NCBI GenBank assembly: GCA_016199865.1 | Contig: JACQFV010000067.1 | Location: forward strand, 1-51,340 | Length of the DNA stretch: 51,340 nt | Reading direction: 5' to 3' | From: Candidatus Zixiibacteriota bacterium | GTDB lineage: Bacteria; Zixibacteria; MSB-5A5; WJJR01 | In this document: positions 26,636-35,645 of the stretch, piece by piece | Layout of the letters: every line of letters starts with the position of its first letter | Numbering within the stretch: the stretch's first letter is position 1 | Notes under the pieces: generated by a model | Seen by the model: the letters and a program-made list of their open reading frames with translations, nothing else | Database searches by the model: none | Told to the model about the DNA's origin: nothing | Program-made: the position numbers and the translations under genes

Positions 26636-27640
26636 TCAGAGACCTATCTTCGCCATCCAGTCATTGCTCAGGAATTTCGAGACATACCTCATGCCGCTGT
26701 CAGGGAGCACGGTCACAATATTGAGTGCCGGATTGCCCGCCTCCCGCTTGAGCCATCTTTCGATTCCCGCGATGGCGGACCCCGAAGACCCGCCCGTGAT
26801 CATGCCCTCTTCGATAACAAGTTGCCGCGCGGATGCAAATGACTCTCTATCATCGACTTGCACAATTTCTTCGATGACTGTCATGTCAAGAGCCCCACAG
26901 GGAGTATCGGAGCCGAGTCCTTCCACCAAGTAGCGGCCCGGGTCTTGTAGTTCATTGAACTTGAACAAATTATGGAAGACTGACCCAACCGGATCGATGG
27001 CGATGACGCGAATGTCCGGTTTCTTGCTCTTCAGAAAACGGGCTACACCGGAGAGGGTACCGCCCGTGCCTATTCCGGCCACGAATACATCGATCTTGCC
27101 ATCCGTCTGCTCCCAAATCTCCGGGCCGGTGGTCGCAAAGTGGCTCTCGATATTCAGTGGATTGTGATACTGGTCAATGAGATACCCGCCCCGTTCACGG
27201 GCCAGCCGTCGCGCCGATTCGTAATAGGACCGGGGATCGTCATGTGGGACATCGGTTGGGCAGACAACGACTTCGGCCCCAAGGGCTTTGATCAAATCGA
27301 TCTTCTCTTGTGATGTCTTGTCCGGCACGGTGAACAAAGAGCGATACCCCTTGACCGTAGCCACCATCGCGACGGAGATGGCGGTATTCCCCGACGAATT
27401 GTCGATCAGCAGATCGCCCGGCTTGATCCACCCCGACCGTTCCGCCGCCTCGATGATGTACAATGCCATCCGGTCTTTCACCGAACCCGAGGGGTTCAGG
27501 AATTCCAGTTTGGCTTGGATGTTGTGACCTAGACGATCGCTCAAACGCCGCAGGCGAACCAAGGGGGTGTTCCCGATTAGAGACAGAACCCCTTCTCGGA
27601 GCGGGTGCTTGGGAACGGTCGCACTTGGATGGGTCAACAC
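26636..27640 (-). CDS. PLP-dependent cysteine synthase / cystathionine beta-synthase family enzyme
   Basis: 'GNTPLVRL', 'KLEFLNPSGSVKDRMALYII' (PLP lysine motif), 'NSSGNTAISVAMVA', 'GIGTGGTLSGV', 'GGSSGSA'. Confidence 0.88.
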   Translation of the reverse strand: MLTHPSATVPKHPLREGVLSLIGNTPLVRLRRLSDRLGHNIQAKLEFLNPSGSVKDRMALYIIEAAERSGWIKPGDLLIDNSSGNTAISVAMVATVKGYRSLFTVPDKTSQEKIDLIKALGAEVVVCPTDVPHDDPRSYYESARRLARERGGYLIDQYHNPLNIESHFATTGPEIWEQTDGKIDVFVAGIGTGGTLSGVARFLKSKKPDIRVIAIDPVGSVFHNLFKFNELQDPGRYLVEGLGSDTPCGALDMTVIEEIVQVDDRESFASARQLVIEEGMITGGSSGSAIAGIERWLKREAGNPALNIVTVLPDSGMRYVSKFLSNDWMAKIGL

Positions 27641-27727
27641 TGCCGTATCGATTTGTCGTTCAAGGGATTGGAGCGACTTATAGGATCACAGATGTCGGTA
27701 TTGATGGCTGCCACTTCCGCCGGACCC

Positions 27728-29182
27728 TCAGATGATCCTGAAGTAATCGACCAGGGTGCAGCGCCGCGGCCGGGTGAATGTCGAAGCCCGGGTTAAACCC
27801 TCACCCGTGGTCCCGGCGATCGACATGGTCGTGAAGCCCTCGCCGCCATATCCCAAGCCAGCCAAATTGGCGCCGTTCTTGACGAAGATGTTGCCGTTGC
27901 AGCGTTGCGCCATCGCCGACATGTTGGCCACGTTCGTGGAATGCATGACAAATGTGTGCTGGAAGTCATGTTCGGCAATGATCGCCCAGTCCATCGCCTG
28001 TTCGAATGACCGGCAGCGGACCAAGGGGATGATCGGCATCAGTTGCTCGGCCATCACCAACGGATGATCCCAGCCAACCTCCATGATGCCGATACATGAG
28101 CCCGACGGCGGCTTGATGTTTATCTCCTGAAGTATCACTTCCAAGTTCTTGCCGACAAAGCGCTTGTGCAAGCGCAGGTGGCGGTGTCCCTTGCCGATTT
28201 TATCTTCCTCGACCAGAAGACGGGTCAGGCGATCCACATCGTTCCCTGTAATCTCATAGGCGCCGCTCGCCACCATCTCACGCTTCAACTGGCTCGCCAC
28301 TTTATCGACAACGAAGATCTCCTTCTCGTCGGTGCAAAGGATGTTGTTGTCGAACCCGCATCCGGTCACCAAATCCTTGGCCGCCTTGGGGATAATCGCG
28401 GTTTCATCCACTATCGCCGGCGGATTCCCCGGTCCGGCACAAATCGCGCGATTTCCTGATGTCATCGCCAGTCGTACAACGGGCATACCGCCCGTGACCA
28501 AGACGAGATCAATCTTCCGATGCTTCATCAGTGCCGCGGCTGACTCCTGAGTCGGCTCGGCGAGTATCGTGATCAGATTCTCCGGCCCGCCCGCAGCGAC
28601 AATTGCGTCATTGATTGCCATCGCCGCCGCCCGGCAGACATTCTTGGCGGCTGGGTGGGAGTTGAAAACGCAGCCGTTCCCGGCAGAGATGAGCGAAATC
28701 GAATTGTTGATCACCGTGGCGGTGGGATTGGTCGATGGGGTGATCACGCCAACCACCCCGAATGGCGCCAACTCTACGAGCGTCAGACCGTGATCGCCGG
28801 TGAACGACTCCGGTCGAAGATCCTCCGGTCCGGGAGTCTGGCGCGCTGAGAGGAGGTTTTTCTTCGTTTTGTCACCGACCCGCCCCATCCCGGTCTCGGA
28901 CTGCGCCATTTTGGCCCAGATTTCCGATGACGCCACGGAAACCTGCCTGATCCGCTCGATAATTTCAAATCGCTTGGACAGACCAAGATCGAGAAGCGAG
29001 CGTCGCGCACGGTGTGCCGCCTCAATCGCCTGATCGAGATCGGCGAAGACACACTTGCCTTCCCCGGAACGAGCGGCCGCTGTCAAGCCCGTCGCCGCTG
29101 GTGACTTAGCCGAGCCGGGTTCGCCGAGTTCATGGAGCACACGCCCGACAATGTCGGCTATCTCACTGTCAGGCAGAGGCAT
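27728..29182 (-). CDS. CoA-acylating aldehyde dehydrogenase (EutE/PduP family) with N-terminal encapsulation-peptide-like helix
   Basis: 'ITPSTNPTATVINN', 'VTGGMPVV', 'AGPGNPPAIVDETA', and 'DNNILCTDEKE' (catalytic Cys context of EutE/PduP). N-terminal 'SEIADIVGRVLHEL' followed by a Gly/Pro/Ala linker. Confidence 0.85.
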   Translation of the reverse strand: MPLPDSEIADIVGRVLHELGEPGSAKSPAATGLTAAARSGEGKCVFADLDQAIEAAHRARRSLLDLGLSKRFEIIERIRQVSVASSEIWAKMAQSETGMGRVGDKTKKNLLSARQTPGPEDLRPESFTGDHGLTLVELAPFGVVGVITPSTNPTATVINNSISLISAGNGCVFNSHPAAKNVCRAAAMAINDAIVAAGGPENLITILAEPTQESAAALMKHRKIDLVLVTGGMPVVRLAMTSGNRAICAGPGNPPAIVDETAIIPKAAKDLVTGCGFDNNILCTDEKEIFVVDKVASQLKREMVASGAYEITGNDVDRLTRLLVEEDKIGKGHRHLRLHKRFVGKNLEVILQEINIKPPSGSCIGIMEVGWDHPLVMAEQLMPIIPLVRCRSFEQAMDWAIIAEHDFQHTFVMHSTNVANMSAMAQRCNGNIFVKNGANLAGLGYGGEGFTTMSIAGTTGEGLTRASTFTRPRRCTLVDYFRII

Positions 29183-29350
29183 AGGATAGGGTTCTGCGGT
29201 TGAGAGTTAGAGTGGATTGGTAGACCGACGAAGCTCGGCGTTCATACTCCAAGAAACACAACCGCCGTGGCTCTCCGCACGACCCTCCAGGGCGCAAAGC
29301 ACGGCGGCTGGTAATTCCAGACGTTGAATCCCCCATAGGGGAGTGCAGGG

Positions 29351-29644
29351 CTATTTCCCCGGAACTTCTCCCGGCAGACGGGTCGGGAAAATGTCGTGGA
29401 CATTATTGTGTGGACGCGGGATCACGTGCACAGCCACCAATTCGCCGACTTTCTGCGCCGCAGCCGCGCCAGCGTCGGTCGCTGCCTTGCATGCTGCCAC
29501 GTCGCCGCGCACCAGCACCGTAACCAATCCGCCGCCGATCTTTTCATATCCCACCAGTGTCACTTTGGCGGCTTTCACCATCGCGTCGGCCGCCTCGATC
29601 AGCGCCACCAACCCTTTGGTTTCGATCATACCCAATGCTTCCAT
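29351..29644 (-). CDS. Bacterial microcompartment hexameric shell protein (BMC-H, PduA/EutM-like)
   Basis: 97 aa from the ATG at 29644 (GGAGG upstream). '[71 protein letters not shown]' is near-collinear with PduA. Confidence 0.92.
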   Translation of the reverse strand: MEALGMIETKGLVALIEAADAMVKAAKVTLVGYEKIGGGLVTVLVRGDVAACKAATDAGAAAAQKVGELVAVHVIPRPHNNVHDIFPTRLPGEVPGK

Positions 29645-29883
29645 AAGTTGGCCTCCGGCCGCGACTTGCAGCAGTCCTGTCCGATTACTGCCGCGACATC
29701 CGGTCGCGGCACGGGTCAATGGTAGGCGGGGTCGGTAATACTGTCAACAGGAAATCTTGATTCTTGGAGCGAAGCAGCCATGTGACCTGAGTTTTCGCGC
29801 CACTGTCGAGGGCGTCAGGCGCCATTTGCAATTTGGCACGGCCTCAAATGATTGGTATAATCGTCAAGAGGGGCTTCCGAACG

Positions 29884-31203
29884 ATGGCCAAAACATTGCG
29901 GACATTGGTGATCGGCGGCGGGGGGCGGGAACACGCCATCTGCTGGGCGTTACGACAATCCCCGCAGATCGAAGCTCTCTATTGTGCACCGGGCAATGCC
30001 GGCATCGCCGAATTGGCCACCATCGTAGAGCTGCCCGACCACGACCTGCGCGGTCTGGTCGATTTCGCGCGTAAAGAACGGATTGATCTGACCGTTGTCG
30101 GCCCGGAACGGCCCCTCGCCGAGGGAATTGTCGACGAGTTTGCCCGGGAAAAGCTCCGCGTGTTCGGTCCCACGGCCTCGGCCGCCCGCTTGGAATCATC
30201 GAAAGTCTTCGCCAAGGAATTCATGCGGCGCCACTACATCCCGACGACGCCCTATCGCGCCTTTGACCGCAGCGATGAAGCCCTGAAGTTCGTGGCCGAA
30301 TCCTCAGGACCACTGGTCGTCAAAGCCGATGGCCTGGCGGCCGGCAAAGGGGTCATTGTCTGCCGGAATTCCGACGAAGCCCACCTGGCCGTCAAGAAGA
30401 TCATGGTCGAACGCGCGTTCGGTTCGGCCGGAGAACGGATTATCGTCGAACGGCTCCTGATCGGCGAAGAAATGAGCGTCATGGCGTTCGCCGACGGGAC
30501 GCACGTCGTTCCCATGATCCCGGCGCGTGACTATAAGCGTGCTCAGGACGGTGATGAGGGGCCGAACACCGGCGGAATGGGCGCCTATGCCCCGGCGCGC
30601 TCCATGGAAGATGATCTGTTTCAGGAAATCTACGACCACATTCTGGAACCGGCCGTCCGCGGCATGAAGACGGAGGGGTCACCATTCGTCGGTATTCTTT
30701 ACGCCGGGCTGATGCTGACCGACGTTGGGCCGCGCGTGTTGGAGTTCAACGTTCGCTTTGGGGATCCCGAAACCCAGGTTGTGCTTCCATTGCTGAAGAC
30801 CGACTTGGTCAACGTCATCGGTGCTGCGCTCGCGGGCCAACTCGATTGGGAGCCCCTCTCTTGGCGGGAGGATGTTTGCGCCGGCGTGATTCTGACCGCG
30901 CGTGGCTATCCTGGCCGTTATGAAGGGGGCGTACCGATAGAAGGGGAGGTCCGCACGATGAACAATGGCGTCTTCTGCTTTCACGCGGGAACAGCGCGGG
31001 ACGGAGCCGGTGGGCTGGCCTCCTCGGGCGGGCGGATTCTCGGCCTATTTGCCCGCTCCGCCACACACGAGGGTGCGGTCGCAGCGGCCTACGCCGCGGT
31101 GGAACGGGTCCGCATCAAGGGGGCGCAGTATCGCACCGACATCGGATTGCGCGTGCGACGTGTCGTCAGGCAACGCCGGGAGGGCGTGGCCCGCATCACG
31201 TAA
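29884..31203 (+). CDS. purD: Phosphoribosylamine--glycine ligase
   Basis: 'LVIGGGGREHAICWAL', 'APGNAG', 'LVVKADGLAAGKGV', 'GPNTGGMGAY', 'LYAGLMLT..GPRVLEFNVRFGDPE'. Confidence 0.95.
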   Translation: MAKTLRTLVIGGGGREHAICWALRQSPQIEALYCAPGNAGIAELATIVELPDHDLRGLVDFARKERIDLTVVGPERPLAEGIVDEFAREKLRVFGPTASAARLESSKVFAKEFMRRHYIPTTPYRAFDRSDEALKFVAESSGPLVVKADGLAAGKGVIVCRNSDEAHLAVKKIMVERAFGSAGERIIVERLLIGEEMSVMAFADGTHVVPMIPARDYKRAQDGDEGPNTGGMGAYAPARSMEDDLFQEIYDHILEPAVRGMKTEGSPFVGILYAGLMLTDVGPRVLEFNVRFGDPETQVVLPLLKTDLVNVIGAALAGQLDWEPLSWREDVCAGVILTARGYPGRYEGGVPIEGEVRTMNNGVFCFHAGTARDGAGGLASSGGRILGLFARSATHEGAVAAAYAAVERVRIKGAQYRTDIGLRVRRVVRQRREGVARIT

Positions 31204-31277
31204 TATTGTGACAGCATTCGGCGGATTCGGATGAATCCACCGTCTTGTGAAACCCAAGGATGGGTGGTGAGGGACCG

Positions 31278-31613
31278 ATGGTAACGAAGATCAAAAGGAC
31301 CAAATTCTGCCGACGGTGCAACGCGGAGTTGCCGCTGTCGAAATTCTATGTCTACCGTTACAAGTCCGGCGATGGCGTGCGCGTCGTCCGCTCTGCCCTG
31401 TGCCGTACGCACCAGGTCGAATACAACTCGGAATGGTATCAACGCAACAAGAAGCGCTACGCCGATTACAAACGGCGCTACGGCACCGAGTACCGCAAGA
31501 AGCATCGCGAGCGGATCCGCACCTACAACCGGCTCTACCGTCGGGCCTACCGGGCGCGCAAGCGGCTCGAAGCCGAAGAGGCCCTGAAGTCCCGCAGGAG
31601 CCGACGTGCCTGA
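31278..31613 (+). CDS. Small, very basic zinc-ribbon-like protein (hypothetical)
   Basis: The pattern is 'CRRC..x26..CRTH' followed by a Tyr/Arg/Lys-periodic tail ('YQRNKKRYADYKRRYGTEYRKKHRERIRTYNRLYRRAYRARKR'). The ATG at 31278 follows ggtgaggga. It overlaps the purE start by 8 nt. Confidence 0.5.
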   Translation: MVTKIKRTKFCRRCNAELPLSKFYVYRYKSGDGVRVVRSALCRTHQVEYNSEWYQRNKKRYADYKRRYGTEYRKKHRERIRTYNRLYRRAYRARKRLEAEEALKSRRSRRA

Positions 31614-32073
31614 GAGCCAGAAGGCAACAGTCCGGGTTCTCATCTTGATCGGCTCCGAATCGGATCGCACGGTCATGTCCAAAACGGTCGACACGCTCAA
31701 CGAATTGGGGGTGGCATCGCGCTTGGAAGTGGCCTCCGCACACCGCACACCGGAACGGGTTCGGGAATTGGTGGCCTCTGGTGACCGCGATGGCGTGTGC
31801 GTCTACATCTGCGCCGCCGGGATGGCGGCGCATCTGGCTGGGACGGTGGCGGCGCACACAACCCGGCCGGTCATCGGCGTGCCCCTGGCCGGATCAACGC
31901 TCTTTGGGTTCGATTCACTTCTGTCAACCGTACAAATGCCCCGGGGCGTGCCGGTTGCGACCGTGGCAATCGGAGAACATGGCGCCGTCAACGCCGCCAT
32001 ACTCGCGGCGCAGATTCTCGCCGTCGGCGATCCGGCACTGGCCGAACGGGTCGCCAAGCGTCGCGCGGGGTAG
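31606..32073 (+). CDS. purE: 5-(carboxyamino)imidazole ribonucleotide mutase
   Basis: '[14 protein letters not shown]', '[11 protein letters not shown]', '[26 protein letters not shown]'. Confidence 0.93.
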   Translation: MPESQKATVRVLILIGSESDRTVMSKTVDTLNELGVASRLEVASAHRTPERVRELVASGDRDGVCVYICAAGMAAHLAGTVAAHTTRPVIGVPLAGSTLFGFDSLLSTVQMPRGVPVATVAIGEHGAVNAAILAAQILAVGDPALAERVAKRRAG

Positions 32074-32180
32074 TCGGCGGACGTGGCGCTGCATGACGCC
32101 TTGCGAAACTGAACTGGCTGTGACATTGTTACGCCGACGTTTTCGGTGGACACATTGGAACTGACAAGGAGGATGGGCTC

Positions 32181-32972
32181 TTGAAATCGCTGAGGACAGT
32201 CGGATTAGCCGGGCCAATCGGTCTGGGGATCTTGTGCCTTGCCGCATTACTGGTTGGATCGGGCCGCGTCTCGGCCGAAATCACCGAGGATGCCAAGAAG
32301 GACTTCAACCGCGGAGTGGAGCTGTCCAGGGCCAAAGAGCCCGATTCGGCCATCGCCGCCTACGAGGCGGCCATTGCCAAGTCGCCCGACTACCTGCAGG
32401 CGCACATCAACGTCGGCGCCCTCTACTATGATAAGAAACAATTGACCGATGCCGCCCGGCATCTGAAGGCGGCGGTCACTCTCGACTCCACCAACGTCGA
32501 GGCCTACAAGTCGCTCGGATTGATTCATCTTCAGGCGAAGGATTACGACGCTTCGATTGCGGCGTTCCAGCGTCTTCTGGTGCTCGACCCCAAGAGCAAG
32601 GGCGGCTGGGCTTCGCTCGCCCAGGCGCTCAAAGGCAAAGGCGATTCCAAAGGGGCTATCGACGCCTATACGCATGCCGCCGAGAGCGATCCCAAAGACC
32701 CGCGTCCGTACTGTAATATCGGCAACATTCACCAAAGCGCGGGACGGTTTGCCGAGGCCATTGCCGCCTACAAGAAGTCGATCGCGGCCGATCCCAGGTT
32801 CATCGACGCCTACTACAATCTGGCGATCTCATCGCAACAGTTGGATCAGGACAAATGCGTCCCCGATTATCAGGCGTTCATCAAAGTGGCGCAGGGGGCG
32901 CCCAAATGGAAAACGAAGGTCGCTGAAGTCCAGAAGATCGTGGGTGAGATTGCCAAGGGGGGCGGGCAATAG
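32181..32972 (+). CDS. Secreted TPR-repeat protein
   Basis: TTG start 8 nt after aaggagg, a signal peptide, and at least 5 TPR units (e.g. '[26 protein letters not shown]'). Confidence 0.8.
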   Translation: MKSLRTVGLAGPIGLGILCLAALLVGSGRVSAEITEDAKKDFNRGVELSRAKEPDSAIAAYEAAIAKSPDYLQAHINVGALYYDKKQLTDAARHLKAAVTLDSTNVEAYKSLGLIHLQAKDYDASIAAFQRLLVLDPKSKGGWASLAQALKGKGDSKGAIDAYTHAAESDPKDPRPYCNIGNIHQSAGRFAEAIAAYKKSIAADPRFIDAYYNLAISSQQLDQDKCVPDYQAFIKVAQGAPKWKTKVAEVQKIVGEIAKGGGQ

Positions 32973-33027
32973 AGTTTCCGCCTCAGTGAGTTGCTGAGGT
33001 CAGCGCTTGGGGTGTGTTCAAAGACCC

Positions 33028-33102
33028 GGCAGACAGGAATGTCTGCCCCACCAGTTCTTGGTAAGTCGTTTTCACTTGGTGGCGCAGACATTCTTGTCTG
33101 CG
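33028..33102. repeat. BIME-like pair of inverted REP units (ggcagaca-ggaa-tgtctgcc ..ccacca / tggtgg.. gcagaca-ttct-tgtctgc)
   Basis: Read directly. The two units are reverse complements of each other with a few mismatches. Confidence 0.8.
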
Positions 33103-33291
33103 TTTTACTTCCACAACGGTAGGAGTTTTAAGACGTCGCAACGACAGGCCCGCACCCCACGGTTACGTACGCGGCCATCCGTCCAATCGGCGAAACCACC
33201 ACTCACCCTTGATTGAAGCATTTGTTCCATCCGCGCCGGGGTAGTAGTTTGACATCGGCGCGGACCGCATGAGGGCGGGACCGCAGGACTC

Positions 33292-34263
33292 ATGCTCAAG
33301 ACGGTTTCGCACCTGACAGCAGATTCGCCGGGGACACGCCGGGCCGATGGCCTTTGCCTTTGGGTCGGCTTGGGGTCAAATGTGCTTCTGGCCATTGCGA
33401 AATTGGCCGCGGCGCTGGCCAGCCAGTCCCAGGCGCTGCTCGCCGACGGCTTGAATTCGCTGTTGGACGTCGTGGCCGGTACGATATCGCTGGTTGGCTT
33501 TCGAGTCGCCGCCAAGCCGCCGGACCGCGACCACCATTATGGGCATCAGAATGCCGAGACGCTCGCCGCGCTGGCCGTCGGCGTGGCGATTCTGGCGGCC
33601 GGGGGGATCATCATCCGTGACGCCGCCGTGTCTTTGTGGCACGGGGCGCCCCGTGTCCCCAGCGCCTGGGCCGCGGCGGTCGCCGCCGGTGTGATCGTGG
33701 TGAAAATGGCGCTCTATCTATACTCGCGCACCGTGGCGCGGCGGACCGGCAATCTCCTGGTGCGCGCCACCGCCGCCGATCACATCTCCGACGTTGTCGC
33801 CACCGGTGGGGCCTTCGTCGGCATTGCCGGAGCGCGGTTGGGCTGGCCAGTTCTGGACCCATTGGCGGCGGTCTGGGTGGCGTGTGTGATTCTGGTGAGC
33901 GCCTTGCGTATTCTGCGCGCCAACACTTTCGTTCTCCTCGGCGGTGCGCCGTCGGAGAGCACGATCCGTCAGATCACGGCGACTTTGTCCGCAGTCCCCG
34001 GTGTGCGCGGTCTGCACCGGACCAAGGTGCGCACCGCGGGGACACAGATTGTGGTCGACACCGAAGTGCTCGTCGATGGGACCCTGACCGTCGATGAGGC
34101 GCATCGGATCGCCAACGCAGCTGGCGATCAAGTTCTGGCGAGCCATCCTTCCGTCGCCGACGTCATCGTCCACGTGGAGCCGCATACCGAGAAGCGCGCC
34201 GCCGAGGGGCCCGATCCCTTGACGCCCCGCGCGCATCCCCGGCCCGGTGAGGCCCCGGCATGA
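33292..34263 (+). CDS. Cation diffusion facilitator (CDF) family transporter
   Basis: Six TM helices, 'LADGLNSLLDVV', 'PPDRDHHYGH', 'HISDVVATG', and a C-terminal cytoplasmic domain 'VRGLHRTKVRTAGTQIVVDTEV'. Confidence 0.88.
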   Translation: MLKTVSHLTADSPGTRRADGLCLWVGLGSNVLLAIAKLAAALASQSQALLADGLNSLLDVVAGTISLVGFRVAAKPPDRDHHYGHQNAETLAALAVGVAILAAGGIIIRDAAVSLWHGAPRVPSAWAAAVAAGVIVVKMALYLYSRTVARRTGNLLVRATAADHISDVVATGGAFVGIAGARLGWPVLDPLAAVWVACVILVSALRILRANTFVLLGGAPSESTIRQITATLSAVPGVRGLHRTKVRTAGTQIVVDTEVLVDGTLTVDEAHRIANAAGDQVLASHPSVADVIVHVEPHTEKRAAEGPDPLTPRAHPRPGEAPA

Positions 34264-35585
34264 ACCGCTGGCTCATTCTCGCGGAAGGGGAGAGCGCCGG
34301 CCGGCTGGCGCCGATTGACCTCGTGCGCCCGGCATTCATGCTGCGCCATGGGGCGTGGACTTTCGCCGATCGCTGGGCTGAACTTCTCCATCCCACGACG
34401 GTGCTCGGAGGCGTCCGGCCCTGGCTGGCGTCGTCTCTCGCCGAAGAAACCGGATGGACCGTGAATCGACTTCCGTCGGCTAAGCCGCCCGACGACGTGT
34501 GGATCATAATCGGCGCGGTCGCACCAACGGTCGACCCGCGCTGGGATCGTCTGGAGTTCCCGGCGGAGTTTCGCTGGTCCGACGCGGTGACGCGAATGAT
34601 GCGCGTGTCCGGGTCGTCGTGGAAGGCAGTGGCACGATCCGTGTCCGCCTGGCTGGAAAACGGGGCAACGGGCCCGCGGACATTCCTGCCACAGATCGCA
34701 CCTCTTGCTCTGCCCGTGTGCGCCGTCACGGCTCCATGGGATCTGATCACGCAACTGGGATCGATCCTCTCCTTCGACTGGGTTTTATGGAGCAATCGAC
34801 GCGGCGCCACCACCGACCCGATTGCCGATCCCGACCATGGCGTCTTCGTGGCCAATCCGAGCGCAGTGTGGCGAGGGGGCAACGTCCGCATCGATCCCCA
34901 TGTGTTCATCGATGCGCGCCACGGGCCGGTCTGGCTTGACGATGGCGTTGTCGTCGAATCGTTCACACGGATCGACGGCCCGGCGTACATTGGGAAGGGG
35001 ACTCGCTTACTCGGGGGCAAAATCACCGGTGGCTGCGCCATCGGGCCGGGATGCCGGATCGGCGGCGAGTGGGAGGCCGCGATCGCGCAGGCCTTCAGCA
35101 ACAAAGCCCACGCGGGCTTTTTCGGCCACGGTTACCTGGGCGAATGGGTGAATCTGGGCGCGATGACCACCAACAGCGATCTGAAGAACACGTATGGAAC
35201 CGTCCGTGTCGAGCGCGGGCATGGCCCCGAGGACACCGGGCAGATCAAGGTGGGTTCATACCTCGCCGATCATACGAAAACAGGGATCGGCACCCTGTTG
35301 CCGACCGGTTCGACATGGGGGGTCGGCGCCAATATCTTTGCCGGTGGGTGGGGTCCCAAGTTGGTCCCATCGTTTGTGTGGGGTGGCGACCAATACACCG
35401 AGCATCGTCTGGACCGCATGCTGCAAACCGCTGATATTGCGATCAGCCGCCGCGCCGAGATTCTGCAGGGACTGGGACGTCCCGGCCGACTGACCGACGC
35501 GCAGCGCGAACTCTTGCAGTCGGTCTTCGAACGCTCCGCAACGGAACGCCGTGATTTCCTCACGGCTCAGGGCTCACATCCATGA
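34260..35585 (+). CDS. Putative sugar nucleotidyltransferase-like protein with left-handed beta-helix (hexapeptide) C-terminal half
   Basis: ATGA overlap with the CDF gene. The N-terminus 'LILAEGESAGRLAPIDLVRPAFMLRHGAWTFADRW' resembles the 'LFDD..LLPLT.TRP..L..G' family. Hexapeptide-type turns occur in 'VFIDARHGPVWLDDGVVVESFTRIDGPAYIGKGTRLLGG'. Confidence 0.65.
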   Translation: MNRWLILAEGESAGRLAPIDLVRPAFMLRHGAWTFADRWAELLHPTTVLGGVRPWLASSLAEETGWTVNRLPSAKPPDDVWIIIGAVAPTVDPRWDRLEFPAEFRWSDAVTRMMRVSGSSWKAVARSVSAWLENGATGPRTFLPQIAPLALPVCAVTAPWDLITQLGSILSFDWVLWSNRRGATTDPIADPDHGVFVANPSAVWRGGNVRIDPHVFIDARHGPVWLDDGVVVESFTRIDGPAYIGKGTRLLGGKITGGCAIGPGCRIGGEWEAAIAQAFSNKAHAGFFGHGYLGEWVNLGAMTTNSDLKNTYGTVRVERGHGPEDTGQIKVGSYLADHTKTGIGTLLPTGSTWGVGANIFAGGWGPKLVPSFVWGGDQYTEHRLDRMLQTADIAISRRAEILQGLGRPGRLTDAQRELLQSVFERSATERRDFLTAQGSHP

Positions 35586-35645
35586 GCAATGCCACGCATC
35601 TCGCCCGAAGAGTGCTCTCTTCGGTTGACATCCACGGAGCCACGA

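Noticed and set aside
26636-27640. The cysteine-synthase-family gene might be a cargo enzyme of the BMC-H/AldDH pair.
   Set aside because: It has no encapsulation-peptide-like extension at either terminus and is separated by an 88-bp gap. I know of no BMC type that uses this enzyme. I keep it as an ordinary metabolic gene unless neighbourhood statistics say otherwise.
31089-31857. Minus-strand ORFs of 219 aa and 188 aa span the purD end, the small ORF and the purE start.
   Set aside because: They are antisense to purE, whose motifs are certain. Their composition is typical of antisense artefacts.
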